From an uncultured archaeon (GTDB lineage: Archaea; Thermoproteota; EX4484-205; JAAOZP01): 64,000 bases of DNA. Under the pieces are notes generated by a model. That model ran no database searches, was not told where the DNA came from, and saw only the letters and a list, made by a program, of their open reading frames with translations. The translations under genes were made by a program, and so were the position numbers. The stretch spans positions 32,001 through 96,000 of the forward strand of contig CALIBN010000007.1 in assembly GCA_938045545.1 (NCBI GenBank), read 5' to 3'. The number at the start of each line of letters is the position of its first letter. The first letter of the stretch is position 1. Positions 1 to 8,738 of this stretch are shown here, piece after piece.

Positions 1-192
1 TTCCACGTCTATCTTCAACACCCGTTCGTTCGTAACTATTAAGAGGTATGTTGAGAAACTACCGTCTTCACCAAGGTCGCCTTTCGCAACTGATAAAACC
101 ATCTCCCCTGGCTTAAGCGATTTTTCAATCAGCATTCTTTCTTTCTCGCTCAGCTTTTCCAGCAGGATTCTATGGGCTTCGTCATCCCCCAA
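1..192 (-). CDS. Partial CDS (runs off the left edge); N-terminus resembles the PH-like leader of some large ABC-exporter fusion proteins
   Basis: Manual translation from TTG at 190-192: MGDDEAHRILLEKLSEKERMLIEKSLKPGEMVLSVAKGDLGEDGSFSTYLLIVTNERVLKIDVE..., open to position 1; TATA-like element near 224-229. Family guess from the GE.VL...DL...G.F....L.VT..R pattern only. Confidence 0.5.
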   Translation of the reverse strand, partial: MGDDEAHRILLEKLSEKERMLIEKSLKPGEMVLSVAKGDLGEDGSFSTYLLIVTNERVLKIDVE

Positions 193-280
193 CGTCAGAA
201 GCGTGCACCGGAACGATTCTCTATTTAAGGCTTTTTGATTTACTGATGTAAAAAGTTGTTTGGGGACTACATATAGAATC

Positions 281-288
281 TTTATATA
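281..288 (+). promoter_or_regulatory. Archaeal TATA box upstream of mscS (probably leaderless transcript)
   Basis: TTTATATA at 281-288, about 25 nt upstream of the ATG at 314; purine-rich BRE-like bases just upstream. Confidence 0.6.
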
Positions 289-313
289 ACGCTGATGGAT
301 AACCACTGGCTAC

Positions 314-1294
314 ATGAGAAGCTTTAAGACGATGGGACTAGTCTTAGCTATACTTGTAATTCTATTATTATTTGTGATTTACGGCAGGACGGTAATTCCT
401 TTCCTGCCTCCTATTTTCACCATAGAAGTTGAGCCTGCAGCCATTATCCAAGCCGCGCTGGTTGCAGCTGGTGTCTACATAACTTACGTTATACTATCCT
501 ACATGATTTCCTCCACCATAATACGTGCGGGAGGGAAACGCGGGGATGTGAAAATGCTGACGAATTTTCTGCGTTCAATCATATTTTTCATCGGAATCCT
601 GTTGATCGCAAGCATTTTCACCGGAGGCGGCTTGACCTTCGCCACCGCGCTCGGAGCATTCGGAGGAATGTTCCTAGGATGGTCGCTGCAGCAGCCGGTC
701 ACCGGGCTCGCAGCATGGTTTCTGATAAACATAAGGCGCCCGTTTAAAGTCGGCGACCGTATTTTCCTACCAGCATGGGGCCTTATAGGCGATGTTCTAG
801 ACGTTGGAATGATGTACACGACTCTGAACCAGGTCGGCGGCACTATAGGAAGCGAGGAGCCGTCTGGAAGGAGAATCCTAATACCTAACGCTATACTCTT
901 TTCAAACGTCATAATAAACTATACGAGCGAGATCAAGACAACTCAACCATACATACTGGATGAGGTCGTTGTGAGGATAACCTACGATTCAGACTGGGAG
1001 GAGGCGGAGAGGATAATGAAGATGGTTGCAACAGAGGTGACTCCAGACATAATAAAGGAGACTGGTGTAGAGCCCTATGTAAGATCTGATTTCTACGATT
1101 ACGGCGTATACCTTAGGCTTAGGTATATGACTCTTGCTGTTGACCGCCCGAGGATAGCGCACGAAATAAACAGGAGGATATTCGAAGAGTTCCAGAAGAA
1201 TGAGAAGGTGGACTTCGCGATCCCATTCATATACTCCTACAAGAAGGGTGAGAAGGCCTTTAGAACCCTTGGAGACTCTGAGGTCCCGTCTTAA
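314..1294 (+). CDS. mscS: Small-conductance mechanosensitive channel (MscS family)
   Basis: N-terminal TM helices, G.SLQ..V..L.A, RPFKVGDRI, G.V.DVG..YT, ILIPN..L....IINY, ITYDSD. Confidence 0.9.
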   Translation: MRSFKTMGLVLAILVILLLFVIYGRTVIPFLPPIFTIEVEPAAIIQAALVAAGVYITYVILSYMISSTIIRAGGKRGDVKMLTNFLRSIIFFIGILLIASIFTGGGLTFATALGAFGGMFLGWSLQQPVTGLAAWFLINIRRPFKVGDRIFLPAWGLIGDVLDVGMMYTTLNQVGGTIGSEEPSGRRILIPNAILFSNVIINYTSEIKTTQPYILDEVVVRITYDSDWEEAERIMKMVATEVTPDIIKETGVEPYVRSDFYDYGVYLRLRYMTLAVDRPRIAHEINRRIFEEFQKNEKVDFAIPFIYSYKKGEKAFRTLGDSEVPS

Positions 1295-1321
1295 AGCTTT
1301 TAACCCGGAAACCAGAAAAAT

Positions 1322-2050
1322 ATGCGTGAGACATTGAATTACAGGGAGTTCATCAGAAAGGGTTTGCACTTAGTTCTTTCACTGATACTGCTTTTACCGT
1401 TCGCGCTGAGCCATTTCGAAATAACTTTTAACGCTTCGGTTTTCTACGCGATCTTAAGCATAGTGGCCCTGACTCTGAATGCAATCCAGATTAAACGGCC
1501 TCTCTTAAGGAGTGAGGTTAAGAGCTTCATGAGGGAGAGGAGGGAGAAATTCTTCAACGATATCAGAAACTATATCCCTTTGAAAAGCAGGGTTACCAGT
1601 CAGGTTGTAGACAGGATTGAGGAGAAGATCCGCGGGGTAGAGGACCTTATAGACCACCAGTTGACGACTCTTGAGAGAGACTATGAGAAGAGAGGCGGAT
1701 ACATAGGTTTAACCTACGGGGTCCTCGGCGTAACCCTGTCCTACTTCCTATTTGAAAAGTACGCGTTCTACGGGGTTATTTCCCTAGCGACTACTGATGC
1801 TGTAGCGACCCTGGTGGGTGGGCTGAGGGGTGCTCACAGGCTTCCTTTAACAAGTAAGACTTTTGAGGGAAGCGTTTCAGGCTTCGCAACCTTTTTCACT
1901 GTTTTAATTTTAACGGGTGTTTCCCCACTCGCCTCGTTTATTCTCTCAACAGTGGCTGCAGTGGTTGAGGCTTACACGGTGGAGGATAATCTGCTCCTGC
2001 CGATAGCTGTGTCCTTCCTGTCAACATTCATCGTTAAAGGGTTTCCTTGA
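1322..2050 (+). CDS. Dolichol/phytol kinase-like membrane protein (CTP-transferase-1 family)
   Basis: RE..RK.LH start, D..A.LVG...G.H.LP...KTFEGS motif, VEDNLLLP C-terminal motif. Confidence 0.75.
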   Translation: MRETLNYREFIRKGLHLVLSLILLLPFALSHFEITFNASVFYAILSIVALTLNAIQIKRPLLRSEVKSFMRERREKFFNDIRNYIPLKSRVTSQVVDRIEEKIRGVEDLIDHQLTTLERDYEKRGGYIGLTYGVLGVTLSYFLFEKYAFYGVISLATTDAVATLVGGLRGAHRLPLTSKTFEGSVSGFATFFTVLILTGVSPLASFILSTVAAVVEAYTVEDNLLLPIAVSFLSTFIVKGFP

Positions 2051-2804
2051 ACCATTCTGTCGTAACCTGTATAACCCTGTCCTCCCAGTCTCTCCGGCTG
2101 AAAGTATGGTCTGCCCCCTCTATTATTACGAGCTTCTTAGGCTCCCCCGCCCTATCGTAGAGCATATGCGCGTGTGTAACTGGGACAACAGTGTCTTCTG
2201 AGCCATGTATAATAAGCAGGGGCCTTGGAGAAATCTTTGAACAACTATCCAATATGTCGTGCTTCAAAACGTCTGTGAAGAAATCTCTGCCAACCCTGTA
2301 GCCACTGGGCAGGTCAGCGTAACCCTTTTCTAAAATGCTTTTCAAATCCATTCCGAAAGCCTTCTCACCGTCCGAGAGGAGCCTGAATTCAGCGGGGGAG
2401 GACCATGTGCACACGGCCTTCACACTCTGGTTTCGTACAGCAGTTAAGATGGAGACTGCTCCGCCTAAGCTTAGCCCTAAGACGCCAATTTTATCGCGAG
2501 CAACCTCGCTCCTCTCAAGCAGGAAGCTTAAGACAGCGTTCAGATCACTGATTTCTGAGGAGACAGTCATTTTTTCAAACTCGCCCTCGCTCTCGCCGGA
2601 CCCTCTGAAGTCGAACCTAACTGCAGTGATTCCTTCTCTACTCATTTTCCTAGCGGCACGCACAAACAGCCTATGCGCCTCAATCCTGTTTCCCGTGAAA
2701 CCATGGCAGAAGACGACTGTCGGCGCGGGTGTTACTTTGGGAACATGTATGACACCATGTATTCTCTCTCCCATAACGTTTACAAATATCGGTATCTCCT
2801 CCAT
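2034..2804 (-). CDS. Alpha/beta hydrolase (esterase/peptidase S9-like)
   Basis: HGFTG oxyanion motif, FDFRGSGES, GLSLGG nucleophile elbow, HGSEDTVV and GADH (Ser-Asp-His triad). Confidence 0.9.
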   Translation of the reverse strand: MEEIPIFVNVMGERIHGVIHVPKVTPAPTVVFCHGFTGNRIEAHRLFVRAARKMSREGITAVRFDFRGSGESEGEFEKMTVSSEISDLNAVLSFLLERSEVARDKIGVLGLSLGGAVSILTAVRNQSVKAVCTWSSPAEFRLLSDGEKAFGMDLKSILEKGYADLPSGYRVGRDFFTDVLKHDILDSCSKISPRPLLIIHGSEDTVVPVTHAHMLYDRAGEPKKLVIIEGADHTFSRRDWEDRVIQVTTEWFKETL

Positions 2805-2871
2805 TTCTGTGGGATCAGGTTGTAAACACTATTTATAAGTTAATCATCTGGAAAGCCTTAGCCTTGAGGGT

Positions 2872-3834
2872 TTACTCAAACTCTATTGTTGCAGGAGGTT
2901 TGTCAGAAATATCGTAAAGCACCCTGGAGACTTCAGGGATATTCCTAATTATCATGTCCCTTACCCCATCAAGCCTGGCCCAGTCTAACCTAACGTATTT
3001 TGCAGTAATAGCGTCTTCGGACTCAACTATTCTCAGGGCAATCATGTATCCGTATTTTCTGGCCGAATCACTGTCTAACCCTGTAGCCCTACCTTCGAGA
3101 AGAACGGGGAAAGCCTGGAAACACTCTAAGTCTTCAAGCTCATCGTCAACTATGGCTGTTGCCTTCTTTATTATTGAAAGCTTCTCCTCAGTGACCTCGC
3201 CGAGTATTCTGATTGCCAGCCCCGGCCCAGGGAAGGGTCTTCGATTAACTATCTCGTCGGGAAGCCCGAGTTCTCTCGCAACCATCCTAACCTGGCTCTT
3301 GTAAAGCTCCTTCAACGGTTCAACTATTTTAAACCCGTATTTCTCAAGCGGGTTTATGCCTATCTGCTCCAGCACGTTATGCTGGGTTTTCACTCCTCCA
3401 GCGGTCTCAACTATGTCCGCTGCTATCGTTCCCTGCAGAATAATCTTTGCACCCGCCTGTCCAGCAATCCTTGAAAACGTCTTGTAGAAGGTGTCTCTGA
3501 AGGCCTTCCTCTTCTCCTCGGCATCCCTAATGCCTTTTAAAGCCGTTAAAAACTCTCTTTGAACATTATGCACATCCACGTTGATTCCAAGGTTTCTGAA
3601 AACCCTGCTAATCTTCTCAGCCTCCCCTATCCGCATGAAGCCGTCTTCGAGGAAAACTGCCCTCAGGTTTTTGCCAACCGCCTTGAACCCTAATACGGCT
3701 GTTACGGAGCTGTCGACTCCGCCAGATAGGGCGACAATAGCCATTTCTCCACCGATCTCTCTTCTTAAAAAACCTATTTTTTCATCGATGAATTCTCGCG
3801 GGTTGAACCGCATCATTTTGCCCTCCTTCCTCAT
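2872..3834 (-). CDS. guaAB: GMP synthase ATP-pyrophosphatase subunit B (split archaeal type); real start probably 3816 or 3813
   Basis: ALSGGVDSSV PP-loop, EEKRK, QGTI..D.VE, KTQHNV, PFPGPGLAIR, C-terminal KPPATIEFE; no GATase domain. Confidence 0.92.
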   Translation of the reverse strand: MRKEGKMMRFNPREFIDEKIGFLRREIGGEMAIVALSGGVDSSVTAVLGFKAVGKNLRAVFLEDGFMRIGEAEKISRVFRNLGINVDVHNVQREFLTALKGIRDAEEKRKAFRDTFYKTFSRIAGQAGAKIILQGTIAADIVETAGGVKTQHNVLEQIGINPLEKYGFKIVEPLKELYKSQVRMVARELGLPDEIVNRRPFPGPGLAIRILGEVTEEKLSIIKKATAIVDDELEDLECFQAFPVLLEGRATGLDSDSARKYGYMIALRIVESEDAITAKYVRLDWARLDGVRDMIIRNIPEVSRVLYDISDKPPATIEFE

Positions 3835-3909
3835 ACGGGCTTAATTTAAGTTTTCCGGTGTTTCTGTTTCCGAAAATGATGTGCTAAAATATTTTTTAAT
3901 CAACCGTTT

Positions 3910-4917
3910 TTAAGCTTTTAATCTCTTATTGAAAACCTTTGTGAAGCCTATCTTCATAAGAGCCGGTAGCCCTATTAGATCAGTCGCTGTGTAGAAGAAC
4001 CGGTAGAGGAGCGATACGGACACGCCCTCTGGGAGAGAAGTACCGAACAGCTGTAGCAATGCTGCTAAAACACCCTCCTGCACGCCTAGGCCAGCTAGGG
4101 TTAAAGGTAGGTAGGTGAAGCTTGAAACAAGCGAGTATATGAAGATGAATAACACAGGGTTCAACTCAACGCCGACGGAGAGGGAGAGAAAGTAGAGGGC
4201 CATCGAGTCCAAGATGGATGTTGACAGCATTGATAAGACAACCGGCCCCAGGGCCCTCTTGGCTCTAATACTCTCCCTCTGAAAGTTTTCAATTCTCTCC
4301 AAGTAAGGGTTTAGAACTCTACTTACCATTCTGAACGAGCTTAGCCTCAACGCGAGTTTCCTAGGCTTATCGGACCAGAGGAGTGCCGCGAAGAATAAGG
4401 CGCTGGCTGCCAGAATAAGGGCACTTAAAACAACAATCAACTTTACTCCTGAAATCGATTCAAGAGGACCTATTAGATATGCTACTGAAACTATAGTCAG
4501 TAAAGCCCTTATGAGGAAGTCAACCATTCCCGATAGGACTGTCGCCACCAAGCATGCTTCAAAAGGTGTTTCGCTGAGCACCTCCATTACGAATGGGGTT
4601 ATGAAGTATCCTGCACGTCCAGGTGTAAGGTCACTCGCCAACTGGCCTGCAAAATTTGCTTGGATACAGCTTGACAGCCTTGCTTTGTATTTTAATGATG
4701 AAAGGATAAAGAAGAAGGATAGCGCGATCATCGTTGAAGCCGCTATTATCAGGGAAGAGCCGATTAGGACGTATTTGGTATCGGCTTTAAGCAGGGCTTT
4801 AAAAGTCTCTTCAAAATCTGCCTGTTGAAGCAGGATAATCAGGATGAGTAGGCCTAGTGCTAACTGGCAGATTACTAAAACCCCCTTCTTGGCGCCTTCC
4901 CCGTATCTCATGCTCAT
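3910..4917 (-). CDS. Lysylphosphatidylglycerol-synthase-TM / UPF0104 flippase-like membrane protein
   Basis: Multi-TM; TPGRAG, P.T.AGLGVQEG and LLYR motifs. Confidence 0.8.
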   Translation of the reverse strand: MSMRYGEGAKKGVLVICQLALGLLILIILLQQADFEETFKALLKADTKYVLIGSSLIIAASTMIALSFFFILSSLKYKARLSSCIQANFAGQLASDLTPGRAGYFITPFVMEVLSETPFEACLVATVLSGMVDFLIRALLTIVSVAYLIGPLESISGVKLIVVLSALILAASALFFAALLWSDKPRKLALRLSSFRMVSRVLNPYLERIENFQRESIRAKRALGPVVLSMLSTSILDSMALYFLSLSVGVELNPVLFIFIYSLVSSFTYLPLTLAGLGVQEGVLAALLQLFGTSLPEGVSVSLLYRFFYTATDLIGLPALMKIGFTKVFNKRLKA

Positions 4918-5074
4918 GTCACTTGGAGGATGCGAGGATTATTAATGGTTGCTGGCTGACACTGGGCAAGATCACTGCCGCGTGTATCGAGTTAAGAGTC
5001 TTAATCACTCCAGACACCGGTTTTCCCTGTTCCGCTTAACTGCCTCCAGTAAAGGTTCCAGTCATAGTTTAGAT

Positions 5075-5866
5075 TCAACTCGGCTGAGAAAGATCTTTCT
5101 CAGCCAACCTGTTCAATATTATTTTCCTTTCAGCCTCCAGCTCATCCAGCATTTTTCTAAGCCTCGCGCTCAGCCTATCATATGCTTCTCCAGATATTAT
5201 GTTATCCTTCTTCTCATCCTCCAAAACAATTAGAAAGGCCCTAATTCTCGTCATCTCCTCTTCTACAACGTTTAGGCTGGTTGACAGGGCTGGTGCTGTT
5301 GGCTCAGATACTTGAGAAGGCTCAGCCGAAGAAATTTGAGCCTCCTCCTTTGTGCCTGATAATGGTTTAAAGAGATCTATAGGTGGGCCGGATGTTTCCA
5401 CAACCTCCTCAACAGGCGGCTGGGTTACTGCTGAAACAACCTTCCTCCTAGCGTTAGGCCTAAACTTGCCTATTATGATTGCAGCCGCTGAGGCTGCCCA
5501 GACGACGAAATAACCTACCCCGTAGCTCGGAACGTTAAAGCCCAATACAGGGTTGAAGACGGTTACTGTGGTTACGAGTACCATTCCAAGAATACCCATG
5601 ACGCCGGAGCGCAACGGATAGAGCCCTAGGGCTCCGGCAGCGGTCAGGATTATGAATGATGCTAGAATTATGATCTCGTAGATTAAAAGGTTCATGGGCT
5701 GCTGTATGCCGCTCGCGACGTTTTCAATAAATTGTACCACCATGCTGAATAAGGTTGCTTGCCCTGGCTGGCCGGAGGGAAGTAGAAAGGAGCCGAAAGG
5801 CAGTAGGAATGTTGCTAGAATCATCACCAAGCCCAGTGTTATCCCGGCAATCCTGTCCATATCCAT
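5075..5866 (-). CDS. Hypothetical membrane protein (about 4 TM, low-complexity linker, C-terminal helical/SHOCT-like domain)
   Basis: Four hydrophobic segments, P/S/E-rich linker, C-terminal NIISGEAYDRL...LDELE helix. Confidence 0.65.
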   Translation of the reverse strand: MDMDRIAGITLGLVMILATFLLPFGSFLLPSGQPGQATLFSMVVQFIENVASGIQQPMNLLIYEIIILASFIILTAAGALGLYPLRSGVMGILGMVLVTTVTVFNPVLGFNVPSYGVGYFVVWAASAAAIIIGKFRPNARRKVVSAVTQPPVEEVVETSGPPIDLFKPLSGTKEEAQISSAEPSQVSEPTAPALSTSLNVVEEEMTRIRAFLIVLEDEKKDNIISGEAYDRLSARLRKMLDELEAERKIILNRLAEKDLSQPS

Positions 5867-5977
5867 CTTTACATTATTTTTATCTTGTTGAAAACATATA
5901 TTAAGCTTCCCTTTCAGATTCCCTGGGGTTAACCCTGGAGAATGCTGATTCTCGCCTTACTTGCCTGTTTTTTCCTG

Positions 5978-8578
5978 CTACACTGAAGGAGGTGGAGGCG
6001 GCGGAGGGAATGGTTGGGCGTAGGAAGGCTTCCTTCTTCTCAGCAGGAGTATGGCAACGATGACAACAATTAGGGCTAAGACGGCTGCGTATAGCCAAAT
6101 AGGTATGCCGACAGTGTATTTTGACACGGGTGTTCTGGCCTCATTGCCCACGTTATCAACCGCCTCAACATAGTACTGAACCTCTTTGAAAAACATTTGA
6201 GAAGGTATGGAGCCCCTGTAAACCCCTTCTACAAGAACCATCGTGACCTTTGTCCAGGTGGAGCCTCCGTCTGTTGAGTAGTAAAGGCTGGCCTCCTTGA
6301 CTCCTGAAACCGCGTCTGAAACCTGGCATATTATTGTTGTTTGTTCTCCGAAGACAGGGTTTGAGGGCTCTGACAAGCCTGTGATCGTGGGCGGAGAATT
6401 GTCCACCTTAAGCATGAAAGAGCCGCTCCAAGACGCCGCATTATCCATGTTGTCAACTGCTTCAACACTCCAATTGTGGCTTCCCTCGGAAAGGGTTATT
6501 GTCTTAGAATACTCGCTGCCGCCAGCCATGGTTCCCTGCGGAATCCCGTCGACAGTGAGCCTAACCTCCTTAACTCCTGAGCCGGCATCCTCAACCCTGA
6601 CTGTGAGCTTTACGGACGTTGAGCCCATGACTATGCTTCCGGTGGGTGAAGCCCCACTTATGGCGGGAGGAGTGCTATCAAGGATTACGGATACTGTTTT
6701 CTCAGCCTCATTGTTATCGGCCCTGTCTATACTGTAGTATCCTATCGTATGGGGGCCGTCTGAAAGGGCTGAGAGAGTAAAGCCTGATGTGTAAATATTC
6801 CAAGAGCCGCCATCAATCCTATACTTAGTCTGTTTAACCCCGCTTGCATCGTCTGTCGCTGAAAGCTCGAACAACGTTGAGCCTGAAACAAAGATTGTTG
6901 CACCACTCGAATGCTTCGGATCATAGCTTATTGTTGTTACTGGGGGATTTGTATCAGGGATGACTGTGACTGTTGCTGTGCCGAGGGTTAGGCCTGTTGC
7001 TGAGGCCGTTAAGATCCATGTCCCCCCTTTCACATCGTAATAGTCAACCTTAACCATACTTGAGCCCGCTGGAATTGTTATGCTCGTTATCCTGGTTGTG
7101 GTTCCGAATTTTCTGAACTCCCCCTCAGGCGATGTTGTTGAAAGGCTTACGATTATGGGTGTGGCGCTGGTGGTTTCATATCCGTTAGCATCCCTGATAG
7201 AGATGTTGAGATGTGAGTATGTTACTCCAGCAGCCATGGTGAAGCTTGAAGGCGTTAAAGCAAGCTTCTCTGGAGGACCCGCCTTAACGTTGAAGGGGTT
7301 GCTCTCACCAGTCTTACCCGCGCCGCTAGTAGAAATCTTAACACTGTCCCCTATCCTGCTTATAGTCACCATGCCGGTCCACTTCCCGTTTACGAACGCA
7401 CCTGTTAACCTAGGCTCTATGGTTCCAGTGGTGTCTGAAAGGGTGTTTGTCCCAGTGTAGTCGGTCTTAACATTGCCATAAGCATCATAGGCAGTAATGG
7501 TTATTGAGAATGGCACTGCAACCTGCTTCGGCGAAGTTATGGTGTCGAATGCGAAACGGTCAAGCGGCCCCGGCTTAACGGTCAACTGTTTAGCATCGTC
7601 ACCGTAATTAGGCACGAAAATTATGAAGCCGCCGCTCCAAGTAAAATACATGTAATCGTCTGTCCAAACATGAATATCCCATGTCCCAGCCTTATCATCA
7701 TAATACCAGAACTCTTTAGAGTTTCCATCGGATTCAGATATTGTCAGCTCCGTTATCGCTGACCCGCCTTGGGTTAGAGAGAACTTCTTGTTGGCTGAGG
7801 TTGAGGTTGAGCTAAGCTTAACCTTTAAATCTCCACGGGTCACGGGCTCACCGTTATAGGTTTTCCGGGTGACAGTCAACTTAACCCATTTACCAGCTTC
7901 AAGCGTGGTGCTTGCAAGACTAAGCTCCAAGTGAGGAGGATAATACTTAACCTCAAGGTAGGGACGCAGGCTTGAATCATCGTGTTCCTTAGAATACATA
8001 TACCAATAAATTTGAGTAGCGGCCGATTCAGTGCTGTCCTTAAGCCTCCAACCGAAGTTTGGCATCGCGCCAGCAATATCCTTCGACGCAAACTTTTCAA
8101 CTGAACTCTTCACATCAACACTAAGCCAAACGTTTGAAGTAGTGCCGACTGTTATGGATGATACTGAAACCATGGCTGGAGGCTGATTGTTCCACGTGAT
8201 TGTTCCCTCATCCCAACCATCTGCATTAACAAGATGACACGCCAACGTTCTGCTTGAAGAAGGAGCTTTATACATGAATAGCTTGAGGCTGGCTGAAACG
8301 ATTACTGAGCCCGGAGGAATCGTGTTCAGATCAAACTTTATGAAGGAGCGCCAAACTTGAGAATCGCTGGAACCAGCACTAACCCCTATATGTGTAAGAG
8401 CACCGTAATTGTTACTGCTAAAGGATCCTCCTGCAACTAACGCGTCACCTGTAGGGGAGAAACGTCTGGCGAGCAGAGGAACCTCGTCACCTGCTACTCT
8501 CGTAACGATGCATGGTGTTTCCGAGCATACGATTATTATGATTATTAAAAGGCCTAATACTAGACTTGACTTATTCAA
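5978..8578 (-). CDS. Cell-surface protein: signal peptide, DNRLRE/CBM96-like domain, tandem Ig-like repeats, C-terminal TM anchor and poly-Pro tail
   Basis: RSFIKFDL..IP.GS.IVSASLKL and W.E.TITWNNQP (DNRLRE-type); repeated D..PP..., D..SGV, AVD..GN Ig-like motifs; TM followed by RRRK and PPPPPPP. Confidence 0.8.
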   Translation of the reverse strand: MNKSSLVLGLLIIIIIVCSETPCIVTRVAGDEVPLLARRFSPTGDALVAGGSFSSNNYGALTHIGVSAGSSDSQVWRSFIKFDLNTIPPGSVIVSASLKLFMYKAPSSSRTLACHLVNADGWDEGTITWNNQPPAMVSVSSITVGTTSNVWLSVDVKSSVEKFASKDIAGAMPNFGWRLKDSTESAATQIYWYMYSKEHDDSSLRPYLEVKYYPPHLELSLASTTLEAGKWVKLTVTRKTYNGEPVTRGDLKVKLSSTSTSANKKFSLTQGGSAITELTISESDGNSKEFWYYDDKAGTWDIHVWTDDYMYFTWSGGFIIFVPNYGDDAKQLTVKPGPLDRFAFDTITSPKQVAVPFSITITAYDAYGNVKTDYTGTNTLSDTTGTIEPRLTGAFVNGKWTGMVTISRIGDSVKISTSGAGKTGESNPFNVKAGPPEKLALTPSSFTMAAGVTYSHLNISIRDANGYETTSATPIIVSLSTTSPEGEFRKFGTTTRITSITIPAGSSMVKVDYYDVKGGTWILTASATGLTLGTATVTVIPDTNPPVTTISYDPKHSSGATIFVSGSTLFELSATDDASGVKQTKYRIDGGSWNIYTSGFTLSALSDGPHTIGYYSIDRADNNEAEKTVSVILDSTPPAISGASPTGSIVMGSTSVKLTVRVEDAGSGVKEVRLTVDGIPQGTMAGGSEYSKTITLSEGSHNWSVEAVDNMDNAASWSGSFMLKVDNSPPTITGLSEPSNPVFGEQTTIICQVSDAVSGVKEASLYYSTDGGSTWTKVTMVLVEGVYRGSIPSQMFFKEVQYYVEAVDNVGNEARTPVSKYTVGIPIWLYAAVLALIVVIVAILLLRRRKPSYAQPFPPPPPPPSV

Positions 8579-8738
8579 CTCTTTTCATCTTAAAAGCGGC
8601 TTCCTAGGATATAAACGTTTCCATGTTAAAGCGAATATCTTGGCTCATCCTTTTTCCTTCTAAACATCTTTTTCACTACTTCTTAAGAACCCGTATAATA
8701 ATTAAGCGACTGTGCTTTAAAAAGTTAAATAACTCCTT

